The translations under genes and the position numbers were made by a program. Shown piece after piece: positions 50,830 to 59,799 of a stretch of DNA of 61,337 bases; the first letter of the stretch is position 1, and each line of letters begins with the position of its first letter. Where the stretch lies: positions 1 to 61,337 of the forward strand of contig JALOSQ010000004.1 of assembly GCA_025458335.1 (NCBI GenBank). Direction: 5' to 3'. The stretch comes from Ideonella sp. (GTDB lineage Bacteria; Pseudomonadota; Gammaproteobacteria; Burkholderiales; Burkholderiaceae_C). The notes under the pieces are model-generated. The model did no database searches, had not been told where the DNA came from, and saw only the letters and a list, made by a program, of their open reading frames with translations.

Positions 50830-53800
50830 ATGCCACCTCCATTGCCGCTTCCCCCTGCGACGCTCGCATCGCAGCCTCCCGCGCGGCAGCCCATGGCCGT
50901 CGGGATCGCCGGCTGGGGTCTCGCTCTGCTCGCAGCGACCGCAAGCTTATTGCTGGCCGGGTGGCTGACACTCCACTGGGGCTTCTTGCCCCGTGTCGAC
51001 GCGTTTCGGCCGCAGATCGAGTCGCGGTTGTCGGCTGCCCTGGGGGTGCCGGTGCGCCTCGGCGCCCTGGAGGCCCAGGCGTACGGCCTGACGCTCAGCC
51101 TGCGCGTTCACGATGTTCGGCTGCTCGACGCGTCCGGCGCCGAGGCCCTGGTGCTGCCCCGCGTCGAGGCGCGGCTGTCGCCGCGGGCGTGGGTGCGGCG
51201 CACGCTGGTGCTCGACCGCCTGGATCTCGACGACGCCAGCCTGGAGGTCCGGCGCGACGCGCTGGGGCGTTGGCACGTCGCCGGGTTGCCGCTGGATCCA
51301 GATGGGGCCTCGCCCGACGGGGAGCCCTCGCCGTCGGTGGACTGGCTGTTCAGCCAACGGCACGTCGTCGTGCGCGGCGCCTCGGTGCGTTGGGTCGACG
51401 AAACCCGCCCGGGCGCGGCGCCGCTGGCCCTGCGCGACGTGCAGGTCGTGCTGCGCAACGGGCTGCGCCACCACGACCTGCGCCTCGACGCCACCCCACC
51501 CGCCGGCTGGGGTGCGCGCTTCACCGTGCAGGGGCGGTTCACTCAGGAGCTCTTTGCCCGGCCGGGGGACCTCTCGCGCTGGAGCGGCAGCGTTCACGCC
51601 GACCTGCCCGAGGGCGACCTCGCCGAGTTGCGGGCCTACGTCGACCTGCCCTTCGAACTGCGCGAGGGCCACGGGGCGCTGCGGGCCTGGGCCGAGGTCC
51701 GCAGTGGCACACCCGTTTCCGCGACGGCGGATGTGGCACTGCGCGCCGTCGCCCTGCGGCTGTCGCCACGGGTGGAACCGCTGGAGTTCCTGCAGGTCCA
51801 GGGCCGGCTGCAGGTGCGCCGCGACGCCGACGGCATGGCCCTTCAGGCCTCCCGGTTCGGCTTCACGACCGGCGACGGCATCGTGTGGCCGGCCAGCGAT
51901 GCCCTGCTGTCGTGGCGGCAGGCCTCGTCCGGGCAGGCGGGCGACCGCGGTCAGCCGATCCTCGGCGGCGAGTTCAGTGCCGAGCACCTGGACCTTGGCG
52001 TGATGTCGTCGATCGCGTCGAGGCTGCCCCTGGGCGATGCGGTCCACGGCCTGCTCGAGACGCTGCGCCCGGCCGGCGTCGTGCAGCGGCTGGCGGGCCG
52101 GTGGGAGGGGCCGCCGGACCGTCCTTGGCGCTACCAGGTCGAGGCCACCGCCGCCGAGGTCTCGCTGGCCGCGGGTCCCGTCGGCGGCGCCTCGGGTGGC
52201 CACCTTGGGCGACCGGGCCTCGCGGGCGCGACGGTTTCGTTCCGCGCCAGCGAGCGAGGCGGGGAGGCGGCACTGACGATGCAGCGCGGCGAGCTGGTGT
52301 TCCCCGGCCTGTTCGATGAGCCGCGAGTGCCGATGAACGAGCTCGAGGCCCGCCTCGCCTGGACGGTCGTGCCCACCGGGCGGCCCGACGAGCCGCCGCG
52401 CGTCGAGTTGCAGGTCAAGGGCGCGCGCTTCGCCAATGCCGATGCCCGCGGCCAGCTCGACCTGCACTGGCACACCGGGCCGGGCCAGGGGCATGCCAGC
52501 GGCGGGCGCTGGCCGGGGCATCTCGACCTTGCCGCCCGGCTCGACGGCGGCCGGGTCGACCGGGTCGCGCGATACCTGCCCCGCGCCTTGCCGACCCACG
52601 TTCGCGGCTACCTGCAGCGGGCGCTGCGCAGCGGCGACATCGAGCAGGCGACGATCGAGGTCCGCGGCGACCTCTGGGACTTCCCGTACGTCGCCAGCCG
52701 CGGCGCCCCGGCGCCGGCGGGCGAGTTCCGGATCGCCGCCCAGGTGCACGACGCGCAGCTGGCGTACGTGCCCGACGAGCCCGCGTCCGCCGAGACACCG
52801 GGCTGGACGTCGCCGTGGCCGGCCATGAGCGACGTCCGCGCCGAGGTGACCGTCGACCGCGCCCAGCTCACGATCCGCGACGGACGCGCACGCATCGGCC
52901 GCGTCGAGCTGGCCGGCGTCCAAGGGCGAATCGCCGACCTCGTGCACGACGCCACGCTCGAGATCGACGGCAGGGCGCGCGGTGCCGCCCAGGACCTGCT
53001 GGGCTTCGTGTCGGCGACACCGGTGCGCACCTGGACGCGCGGGGCGCTCGAGACCCTGCGCGCGAGCGGAAACGCCGAACTCCGCCTGGCGCTGCGCCTG
53101 CCGCTGACCGACCTCGCGCGATCGACCGTCGATGGCGCGGTGCGGCTGGAGGGCAACGACCTGCGCTTCCGGCCCGACGTACCGCTGCTGGCCGCCGCGC
53201 GGGGCCTCGTCGAGTTCACCGAGCGCAGCCTCGGCCTGACCGGCGCCAGCGTGCAGGTGGCCGGTGGCGAGGCGTCGGTCGAGGGCGGGCTGCTGCCCGA
53301 TGGGCGCCTGCAGTTCACCGCGAACGGCACCGCGACGGCGGAGGGGCTGCGCCAGACCCCGGAGCTCGGCCTGCCGGCGCCGCTGCTGCGTGCGCTGTCG
53401 GGTGAGGCGCCGTACCGGCTGCAACTGGGGTTCCGCGACGCCCGGCCCGAGTGGCTCCTGACCAGCCCCCTGACCGGCATGGCCGCGGCGCTGCCGGCGC
53501 CGTTGGACAAGGCCCGCGAGGCCACGCTGCCGCTACGCGTCGAGGTCGCGCTTCAGGACACGCCGCGACCGCCACCACCGGACAGCCCCTCAGGCGGCAG
53601 CGACGAACTGCGCGTCGACCTGGGCGACGCCATCCAGGCGCGCTACTGGCGCGAGCCCCGGGGCGACGCAATGCGCGTCGTGCGTGGGGCCATCGCGGTC
53701 GGCGAGCCGCTGGCAGATCCCGGCGATGGCGTGATCGCGCGCGTGCGGCTGCCGGCGCTCGACCTCGATGCCTGGCGCGCCGCGAGCGAGGCCGGGGCTG

Positions 53801-55014
53801 CCGCCGAAGGGGAGCGAGTCGCCGCGGCGGACTACCTGCCCAACCGCGTCACGTTGCGGGCAGGCGAGCTGCGCACGTTCGAGCGCCAGCTCACGGCGGT
53901 GGACCTTCGGGCCGCGTCGCGCAACGGCAGCTGGCGGGCCGAGGTGACGTCCGACCAGATCGCCGGGCAGCTCGAATGGAACCCCGACGGTGACGGGCAT
54001 CGGTTGCGCGCCCGGCTGGCGCGGCTCGTGCTGCCGCGCAGCGACGTGGACTCGGTCGAGCGGCTGCTGTCCGCGCCGCCGGCCACGCTGCCGGCGCTGG
54101 ACGTGGTGGTCGACGACTTCATCCTGCGGGAACACCGGCTCGGACGACTGGAGATCGAGGCGGCGAACCGACCGGTGGGCGGCGGGCTGCGTGACTGGCG
54201 CCTCACGCGCCTGGCGCTGGCCAATCCGGATGCGCGGCTCGTCGCAACGGGTCACTGGAACGCAGTGCGCTCGGCGCCGGGCGGCGCGCCGCAGCGGGTC
54301 ACGGCGCTGGACTTCATGCTCGACGTCAGCGACAGCGGCAGCCTGCTCGAACGGCTCGGCCAAGCCCGCACGCTGCGCGGCGGGCAGGGCCGGCTCAGCG
54401 GGCAGGTCCAGTGGGCCGGATCGCCGCTGGACCCGGCGTTCTCGACCATGAACGGCTCGCTCGAACTGGACCTGGACCGCGGCCAGTTCCTGCGCGCCGA
54501 CCCGGGGGCGGCCCGCCTGCTCGGTGTGCTCAGCCTCCAGGCGCTGCCGCGCCGGCTGGCCCTGGACTTCCGCGACGTGTTCCAGGAGGGGTTCAGCTTC
54601 GACGAGATCACCGGCGCCGTTCGCATCGACCAGGGCGTGGCGCGCACCAACAACCTGCGGATGCGCGGCGTGCAGGCCGCGGTGCTGATGGACGGCAGCG
54701 CCGACCTGCGCACCGAGACCCAGCAGCTGCGGGTGGTCGTCGTGCCCGAGATCAATGCCGGCACCGCCTCGCTCGCCTATGCGACGATCAATCCCGCGAT
54801 CGGCCTGGGCACGTTCCTGGCACAGGTGTTCCTGCGCAAGCCGCTGGCCGAGGCCGGCACCCGCGAGTTCCGCATCAGCGGGTCATGGGCCGACCCGAAG
54901 GTCGAGCGCGTCGAACGCGGCGTGCGCGACGAGGCCGCGCCCCCATCGAACTCGGGCGAGGGAACCGCCGGCACCGCGGTGGCGGCACCGCCCGCACGCC
55001 CCGGACCGCCCTGA
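50830..55014 (+). CDS. yhdP: YhdP-family (AsmA-like, DUF3971) large envelope protein
   Basis: ATG 50830 within track ORF 50173..55014 gives 1394 aa. It has one N-terminal TM helix, a long beta-rich body, and a C-terminal ...REFRISGSWADPKVERV typical of YhdP. It sits divergent from glnE. Confidence 0.85.
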   Translation: MPPPLPLPPATLASQPPARQPMAVGIAGWGLALLAATASLLLAGWLTLHWGFLPRVDAFRPQIESRLSAALGVPVRLGALEAQAYGLTLSLRVHDVRLLDASGAEALVLPRVEARLSPRAWVRRTLVLDRLDLDDASLEVRRDALGRWHVAGLPLDPDGASPDGEPSPSVDWLFSQRHVVVRGASVRWVDETRPGAAPLALRDVQVVLRNGLRHHDLRLDATPPAGWGARFTVQGRFTQELFARPGDLSRWSGSVHADLPEGDLAELRAYVDLPFELREGHGALRAWAEVRSGTPVSATADVALRAVALRLSPRVEPLEFLQVQGRLQVRRDADGMALQASRFGFTTGDGIVWPASDALLSWRQASSGQAGDRGQPILGGEFSAEHLDLGVMSSIASRLPLGDAVHGLLETLRPAGVVQRLAGRWEGPPDRPWRYQVEATAAEVSLAAGPVGGASGGHLGRPGLAGATVSFRASERGGEAALTMQRGELVFPGLFDEPRVPMNELEARLAWTVVPTGRPDEPPRVELQVKGARFANADARGQLDLHWHTGPGQGHASGGRWPGHLDLAARLDGGRVDRVARYLPRALPTHVRGYLQRALRSGDIEQATIEVRGDLWDFPYVASRGAPAPAGEFRIAAQVHDAQLAYVPDEPASAETPGWTSPWPAMSDVRAEVTVDRAQLTIRDGRARIGRVELAGVQGRIADLVHDATLEIDGRARGAAQDLLGFVSATPVRTWTRGALETLRASGNAELRLALRLPLTDLARSTVDGAVRLEGNDLRFRPDVPLLAAARGLVEFTERSLGLTGASVQVAGGEASVEGGLLPDGRLQFTANGTATAEGLRQTPELGLPAPLLRALSGEAPYRLQLGFRDARPEWLLTSPLTGMAAALPAPLDKAREATLPLRVEVALQDTPRPPPPDSPSGGSDELRVDLGDAIQARYWREPRGDAMRVVRGAIAVGEPLADPGDGVIARVRLPALDLDAWRAASEAGAAAEGERVAAADYLPNRVTLRAGELRTFERQLTAVDLRAASRNGSWRAEVTSDQIAGQLEWNPDGDGHRLRARLARLVLPRSDVDSVERLLSAPPATLPALDVVVDDFILREHRLGRLEIEAANRPVGGGLRDWRLTRLALANPDARLVATGHWNAVRSAPGGAPQRVTALDFMLDVSDSGSLLERLGQARTLRGGQGRLSGQVQWAGSPLDPAFSTMNGSLELDLDRGQFLRADPGAARLLGVLSLQALPRRLALDFRDVFQEGFSFDEITGAVRIDQGVARTNNLRMRGVQAAVLMDGSADLRTETQQLRVVVVPEINAGTASLAYATINPAIGLGTFLAQVFLRKPLAEAGTREFRISGSWADPKVERVERGVRDEAAPPSNSGEGTAGTAVAAPPARPGPP

Positions 55015-55060
55015 CGAATTCGCCCGTTCGCGCTCACCCCACCCTCACCTCGAGTCCGCC

Positions 55061-55900
55061 ATGAAGATCGCCGCGCTGCAGACCGTGTCCACGCCCGATG
55101 TCGGGCGCAACCTCGCCGCCGCCGAGCGTCTCGTCGCCCGCGCAGCCGAAGCCGGCGCCACGCTTGCGGCCCTGCCCGAGTACTTCTGCCTGATGGGCCG
55201 GCACGATCGCGACAAGCTCGACGCCGCCGAGCCGGCCGTCGCGGCCGGCGAGATGCCCACCGACCGTTCGCCGATCCAGTCCGCGCTGTCGGCCGCGGCA
55301 CGGCGCCACGGCCTGTGGCTGATCGGCGGCACCGTCCCGGTTCGACCCGGGGCCGCGGCATCCGCGCACGACCGGGTGCTCAACCGCGTGCCGGTGTTCG
55401 CCCCGGACGGCACGCTCGCGGGGCACTACGACAAGATGCACTTGTTCCGCTATGACAACGGGCGGGAGCAGTACGACGAGGCCCGCGTGCTCGCCGCCGG
55501 CGACCGGCCGGTGGCGCTCGACCTGGCCGGCCTGCGCGTCGGGCTGTCGGTCTGCTACGACCTGCGCTTTCCGGAGCTCTATCGCGCCCTGACCGCGACG
55601 CCCTGCGACCTGCTCGTCGTGCCGGCCGCCTTCACGTACACGACCGGCCTGGCGCACTGGGAGCTGCTGCTGCGCGCCCGGGCCGTCGAGAACCAGTGCT
55701 ACGTGCTGGCCGCGGCCCAGGGGGGGCACCACGAGAACGGGCGACGCACCTTCGGCCACAGCCTGGTCGTCGACCCATGGGGCGAGGTGCTGGCCGTGCA
55801 GGCCGAGGGCGAAGGCATGGTCATGGCCGAACTCGACCGCGATCGACTCGCCGCGGTTCGGCGGCAACTGCCGGCGCTCGAGCATCGGCGCATGGGCTGA
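55061..55900 (+). CDS. carbon-nitrogen hydrolase family protein
   Basis: ATG 55061 gives 279 aa with the E-K-C triad contexts ALPEYF, YDKMHLF and LSVCYDLRFPE. Confidence 0.9.
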   Translation: MKIAALQTVSTPDVGRNLAAAERLVARAAEAGATLAALPEYFCLMGRHDRDKLDAAEPAVAAGEMPTDRSPIQSALSAAARRHGLWLIGGTVPVRPGAAASAHDRVLNRVPVFAPDGTLAGHYDKMHLFRYDNGREQYDEARVLAAGDRPVALDLAGLRVGLSVCYDLRFPELYRALTATPCDLLVVPAAFTYTTGLAHWELLLRARAVENQCYVLAAAQGGHHENGRRTFGHSLVVDPWGEVLAVQAEGEGMVMAELDRDRLAAVRRQLPALEHRRMG

Positions 55901-55948
55901 CCCCTCGGGCAAGCGGCTGGCGCCCCGCGCCGTGGCCCGGATTGCGCC

Positions 55949-57088
55949 TCAAGGGCTCGGGTATCCCGGCACGGCGCCAGCGGGCAATTGCGGTCCGGGC
56001 GCACTGCCCCCGGTTGCGGTCGGTTCAGCCCTCTCACGGTCGACGAGGCGGTCGGTCACGGCCGCCCCGATCCAGATGCCGAACAGCGTGACCCAGGCCG
56101 TCACCGTGAACACGGCGGCGCCCGAGACGCCGGCGCCGACCGCACACCCGCCGGCGAGCATCCCCCCGAAGCCCATCAGCACCGCGCCGCCGATGTAGCG
56201 ACGCATCGCGGCACCGCCCTGGAACCCCTCGAGCTTGAGCTCGCGCCACAGCAGGGCCGACAGGAACGAGCCGATCACCACGCCCGGGACCAACCCGATG
56301 TCGAACTTGAGCGCCTGGCCGGGCGGCGACAGCACGAGCATCAGCACGTCAGCCGACGGCCCGGTGAAGCTCAGGGCCTGGATCGGGATCACGCTGTCGA
56401 ACGCGGCCCGCGAGATCCGGTAGGTGGCGAGCCAGGCCACCGCCACCATCAGGCCCACGCCGATGGCACCGAACCAACCCCAGAACCGCACCTGCTGCCG
56501 CCGCGCCCAGAACAGGGCCGCTGCCAGCCAGGCCGCGCCGAAGAGGGCCGCCCCCCAGTGACCGATGCCGGTAAGCGCGATCAGGTCGCGTGCAGAACCC
56601 CCATCGATGGTCCACCAGCCGGTGATTTCCTGGCGGGCCGGCGACAGCAGGCCGGTCATGGCGGACTGGGCCGTGACCGCGAACACCAGTCCCGACAGCA
56701 GCGCGCGCAGGTTGCCCTGCGCGGCCAGGACGAGCAGGCGGCTCGAGCAACCGCGCGCCAGGACCATTCCGACGCCGAACATCAGCCCGCCGATCGCCGC
56801 GCCGGACAGGCTGCCACGTGACGCCAGCTGGCGCGCCTCGCGCACGTCGAGCCAACCGGCCAGGATGAACAGCTGCGTGGCCAGCACGGCCGTCGCGAAC
56901 GCGAACAGCCAGACCGTGAGCTTGCCCTCGTGGGTGCCGCGGGCGAACTCGATCACCGCGGCGCGCAGGCAGAAGCGCGAGCGTTGCGCGAAGAAGCCGA
57001 ACGCGATGCCGATGGCCAAGCCGGCGGCGCTGATCGTGCCGGCTTCACCGAGGAGGTCGAAGAGGCGTTCCATGCCTGACGGCGCCAC
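55949..57088 (-). CDS. YeeE/YedE family sulfur-compound transporter
   Basis: 379 aa (the track start 57088 is GTG; ATG 57073 is an alternative). It has two sulfur-transport repeats with conserved Cys contexts QRSRFCLRAA, LARGCSSRLL and LAGGCAVGAG. Confidence 0.85.
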   Translation of the reverse strand: MAPSGMERLFDLLGEAGTISAAGLAIGIAFGFFAQRSRFCLRAAVIEFARGTHEGKLTVWLFAFATAVLATQLFILAGWLDVREARQLASRGSLSGAAIGGLMFGVGMVLARGCSSRLLVLAAQGNLRALLSGLVFAVTAQSAMTGLLSPARQEITGWWTIDGGSARDLIALTGIGHWGAALFGAAWLAAALFWARRQQVRFWGWFGAIGVGLMVAVAWLATYRISRAAFDSVIPIQALSFTGPSADVLMLVLSPPGQALKFDIGLVPGVVIGSFLSALLWRELKLEGFQGGAAMRRYIGGAVLMGFGGMLAGGCAVGAGVSGAAVFTVTAWVTLFGIWIGAAVTDRLVDRERAEPTATGGSAPGPQLPAGAVPGYPSP

Positions 57089-57262
57089 GATGCGCGGCCG
57101 ACCCTCGACCGTTCATCAGCAGCGACTGATGCTCGATACTGCCGCCGCCCGGCCTCGGTTCCCTTGATCCAGGTCAGCCCACACCGTGCAAGCGGCGAGT
57201 TCGACGCTCGGGTTGTCGCCCTTGACGCGGAAGGGGGCGTCCGGCGTCCAATATCAGTCGCC

Positions 57263-58276
57263 ATGAATGTTGCAACCCTCTCGCCGACCGACGCACGGTG
57301 TCGTCGCGAACCCGGCGGGCCTCGCGCGCTGATCGCGGGCGTCCTGGCAGTGGCGCTGTGGATCGGAGGTTGTGGGAGCGCCCTGGCGCAGGGCGAGACC
57401 GCGCGCGTCACGCTGCAGGCGGTCGCGCCGGGCGTCTGGTTCGCGCAGGGCGCAGCCGCGCTGGGCTCGGCCGCCAACCGCAACTTCATCTCGAACGCCG
57501 CCGCGATCGTGACGGATGCCGGCGTGCTCGTGATCGATGCGCTCGGGTCGCCGGCCCTGGCCGAGGAGTTCCTGCAGGCCCTCGCGGGCGTCACCGCCCA
57601 GCCGGTGCGCACGGTGGTCGTCACGCACTACCACGCCGACCACATCTACGGCCTGCAGACCTTCAAGGCGCGCGGGGCGACGGTCGTGGCGCAGCGGCGC
57701 AGCGCGGAGTACCTGGCCTCGGACACCGCGCGGCTGCGCCTGGCGGCCAGCCGCGAGGAGCTCTTCCCCTGGATCGACGAGCACACGCGCCTCGTCCAGC
57801 CGGACGTGATCGTCGACGACCGGCTCGAGCTGAACCTGGGCGGCGAGCGCTTCGTCCTGCTGCACGCCGGCCCGGCGCACACGCCGGAGGACCTGGTCGT
57901 GGTCATGCCCTCGCGGGGCATCCTGTTCTCGGGCGACCTCGTCTTCCGCGGCCGGATCCCCTTCGTCGGCCAGGCGGACAGCGCGCGCTGGATCGCGGCG
58001 CTCGACGAACTCGTCGCGCTCGGGCCCAGGCTCGTGGTGCCCGGGCACGGCCCGGTCTCCCACGAAGCCCAGGCCGACCTGCGGCTGACGCGCGACTACC
58101 TGGTGTACCTTCGCGAGACGATGGGCGAAGCCGCGCGCAACCTCGAGCCGTTCGACGAGGTGTACGCCCGCACCGACTGGTCACGCTTCGAGGGGCTGCC
58201 CCTGTTCCGCGTGGCCAACCGCATGAACGCCTACAACACCTACCTGCTGATGGAGCAACTGGGGGACAAGCGATGA
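57263..58276 (+). CDS. MBL-fold metallo-hydrolase, exported (SoxH-like)
   Basis: ATG 57263 gives 337 aa with a lipoprotein-like signal ALWIGGCGS and the HxHxDH motif THYHADH, followed by HTPED and PGHG. Confidence 0.85.
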   Translation: MNVATLSPTDARCRREPGGPRALIAGVLAVALWIGGCGSALAQGETARVTLQAVAPGVWFAQGAAALGSAANRNFISNAAAIVTDAGVLVIDALGSPALAEEFLQALAGVTAQPVRTVVVTHYHADHIYGLQTFKARGATVVAQRRSAEYLASDTARLRLAASREELFPWIDEHTRLVQPDVIVDDRLELNLGGERFVLLHAGPAHTPEDLVVVMPSRGILFSGDLVFRGRIPFVGQADSARWIAALDELVALGPRLVVPGHGPVSHEAQADLRLTRDYLVYLRETMGEAARNLEPFDEVYARTDWSRFEGLPLFRVANRMNAYNTYLLMEQLGDKR

Positions 58277-58782
58277 ACCCGGGCCGCCGGTTGGCCGCCA
58301 AGGGATTGGCCGCGGGCCTGGCACTGCCGGCAACGAGCCTGGTGGGTGCACAGCCCCCCGGCCACGATGCGGCAATCCGATGGCCGGCGCTCAGTCTGCT
58401 CGACGGCTCGGCGTGGACGCCGCCGCGGGCGACCGACGGGCGCCCGCATGCCGTCGTGGCGGTCATCTGGTCGACCACCTGCCCGTTCTGCCTGAGGCAC
58501 AACGCCCACATCGACAAGCTGCACCGCCGTGCGGCGGGGCGGTCCCTGTCGGTGGTGACGGCGGCGCTCGACCGCGACCCCGATGCGGTGACGACGTACC
58601 TGTCTCGCCATGGCTACGGCTTCCCCGTCGTGCGCGAGAGCGATCGGCTGCGCACCCTGTTCACGGCGCGGCGGGTCATCCCGTTCACCGGCACCGTCGA
58701 CCGCAGCGGGCACGTGCGCGATCGGGTGCCGGGCGAGATGTTCGAAGCCGACGTGCTCGGACTGCTCGAGCTCGCAACGTGA
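58273..58782 (+). CDS. TlpA-family periplasmic thioredoxin-like protein (redoxin)
   Basis: The ATG overlaps the MBL stop (ATGA). It is 169 aa with an RR-containing signal MNPGRRLAAKGLAAGLALPA and the CxxC site WSTTCPFCLRH. Confidence 0.8.
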   Translation: MNPGRRLAAKGLAAGLALPATSLVGAQPPGHDAAIRWPALSLLDGSAWTPPRATDGRPHAVVAVIWSTTCPFCLRHNAHIDKLHRRAAGRSLSVVTAALDRDPDAVTTYLSRHGYGFPVVRESDRLRTLFTARRVIPFTGTVDRSGHVRDRVPGEMFEADVLGLLELAT

Positions 58783-58838
58783 AGCGAGCGGCTCCGGACG
58801 AGCGCCCGCCGAGTCCCCGTCCCCCAAGGAGACCCCCC

Positions 58839-59285
58839 ATGACCCGCTCCCGCCTCCTGCCGCCCGCCCGCCCCTGCACCGACGAGGGCGCCCGGCCGGC
58901 CGCGCCAGGCACGGCCCGCAAGGCCAGCCGCCTCGCCGCCGGCGCCAAGTCGCTGGCAATCGGCGCCACCGTGGCGCTGCTGCTCGCGCCGATCGGATTC
59001 ACCCCCGCACAGGCCCAGGGGGCCAGTGGCCTGGCGATCTTCGACGGGGCGGACCTCGCACTCGGCGAGCGCCTGATCCGCGAGCACAAGTGCAGTGAAT
59101 GCCACGCCAAGCGAGTCGGCGGCGACGGCCATGCGATCTACCGGCCCGCCGGGCGGATCAACACCCCCGGGTTCCTGCGCGGCATGGTCGAGCAATGCAA
59201 CAGCGAACTCAACCTCGGCCTGTTCCCCGAGGAGGTGACGGCAGTGGCCGCGGTGCTGCAACGCGACCACTACCGCTTCCGCTGA
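58839..59285 (+). CDS. small exported protein with a single CxxCH heme-attachment motif (c-type cytochrome-like)
   Basis: ATG 58839 is preceded by AAGGAGA. It is 148 aa with a signal-like segment LAIGATVALLLAPIGFTPAQAQG, then REHKCSECHAKRVGGDGH. Confidence 0.6.
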   Translation: MTRSRLLPPARPCTDEGARPAAPGTARKASRLAAGAKSLAIGATVALLLAPIGFTPAQAQGASGLAIFDGADLALGERLIREHKCSECHAKRVGGDGHAIYRPAGRINTPGFLRGMVEQCNSELNLGLFPEEVTAVAAVLQRDHYRFR

Positions 59286-59408
59286 GCCCGACGTGCGCCG
59301 GCCGCGGTGTCAATCGCCGACGCCAGGGCTCGATACATTCGTCTTTGTTCATACAATCAACGGTAACCCCACGCCGTACCGGGTGCCCCGCCGCTGCCGG
59401 AACCGCCC

Positions 59409-59759
59409 ATGGCCCAGACCTCCCCGGGCGATGATGTCTTCGAGACCGTCGCCGAGCTGTTCACCCTGCTGTCCACGCCGATCCGGCTGAAGATCATCAG
59501 CTCGCTGTGCCAGGGCGAGAAGAACGTCAGCCAGCTGCTCGACGAGATCGACACCACGCAGCCCAACATGTCGCAGCACCTGGCCACGCTGTACCGGGCC
59601 GGGGTGCTCGGCAAGCGGCGCGAGAGCACGCAGATCTACTACCGGCTCGAGAGCGAACGGGTGGCCTCGCTGTGCCGTGCGGTCTGCACGCAGGTCGCCA
59701 TCGAGATGGACGACGAGACCGAGCCGGGCGATCGGCTGCTGCCAGCGGGTCGACGCTGA
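59409..59759 (+). CDS. ArsR/SmtB-family transcriptional regulator (BigR/SqrR/HlyU-like Cys arrangement)
   Basis: 116 aa with the winged HTH LLSTPIRLKIISSLCQGEKNVSQLLDEIDTTQPNMSQHLATLYRAGVL. One Cys lies in helix 2 (SLCQGE) and Cys residues lie in the C-terminal helix (SLCRAVC). Confidence 0.88.
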   Translation: MAQTSPGDDVFETVAELFTLLSTPIRLKIISSLCQGEKNVSQLLDEIDTTQPNMSQHLATLYRAGVLGKRRESTQIYYRLESERVASLCRAVCTQVAIEMDDETEPGDRLLPAGRR

Positions 59760-59799
59760 AGCACCGCCGGGCCGCGACACGGCGACGGCCCGTGCGAGC

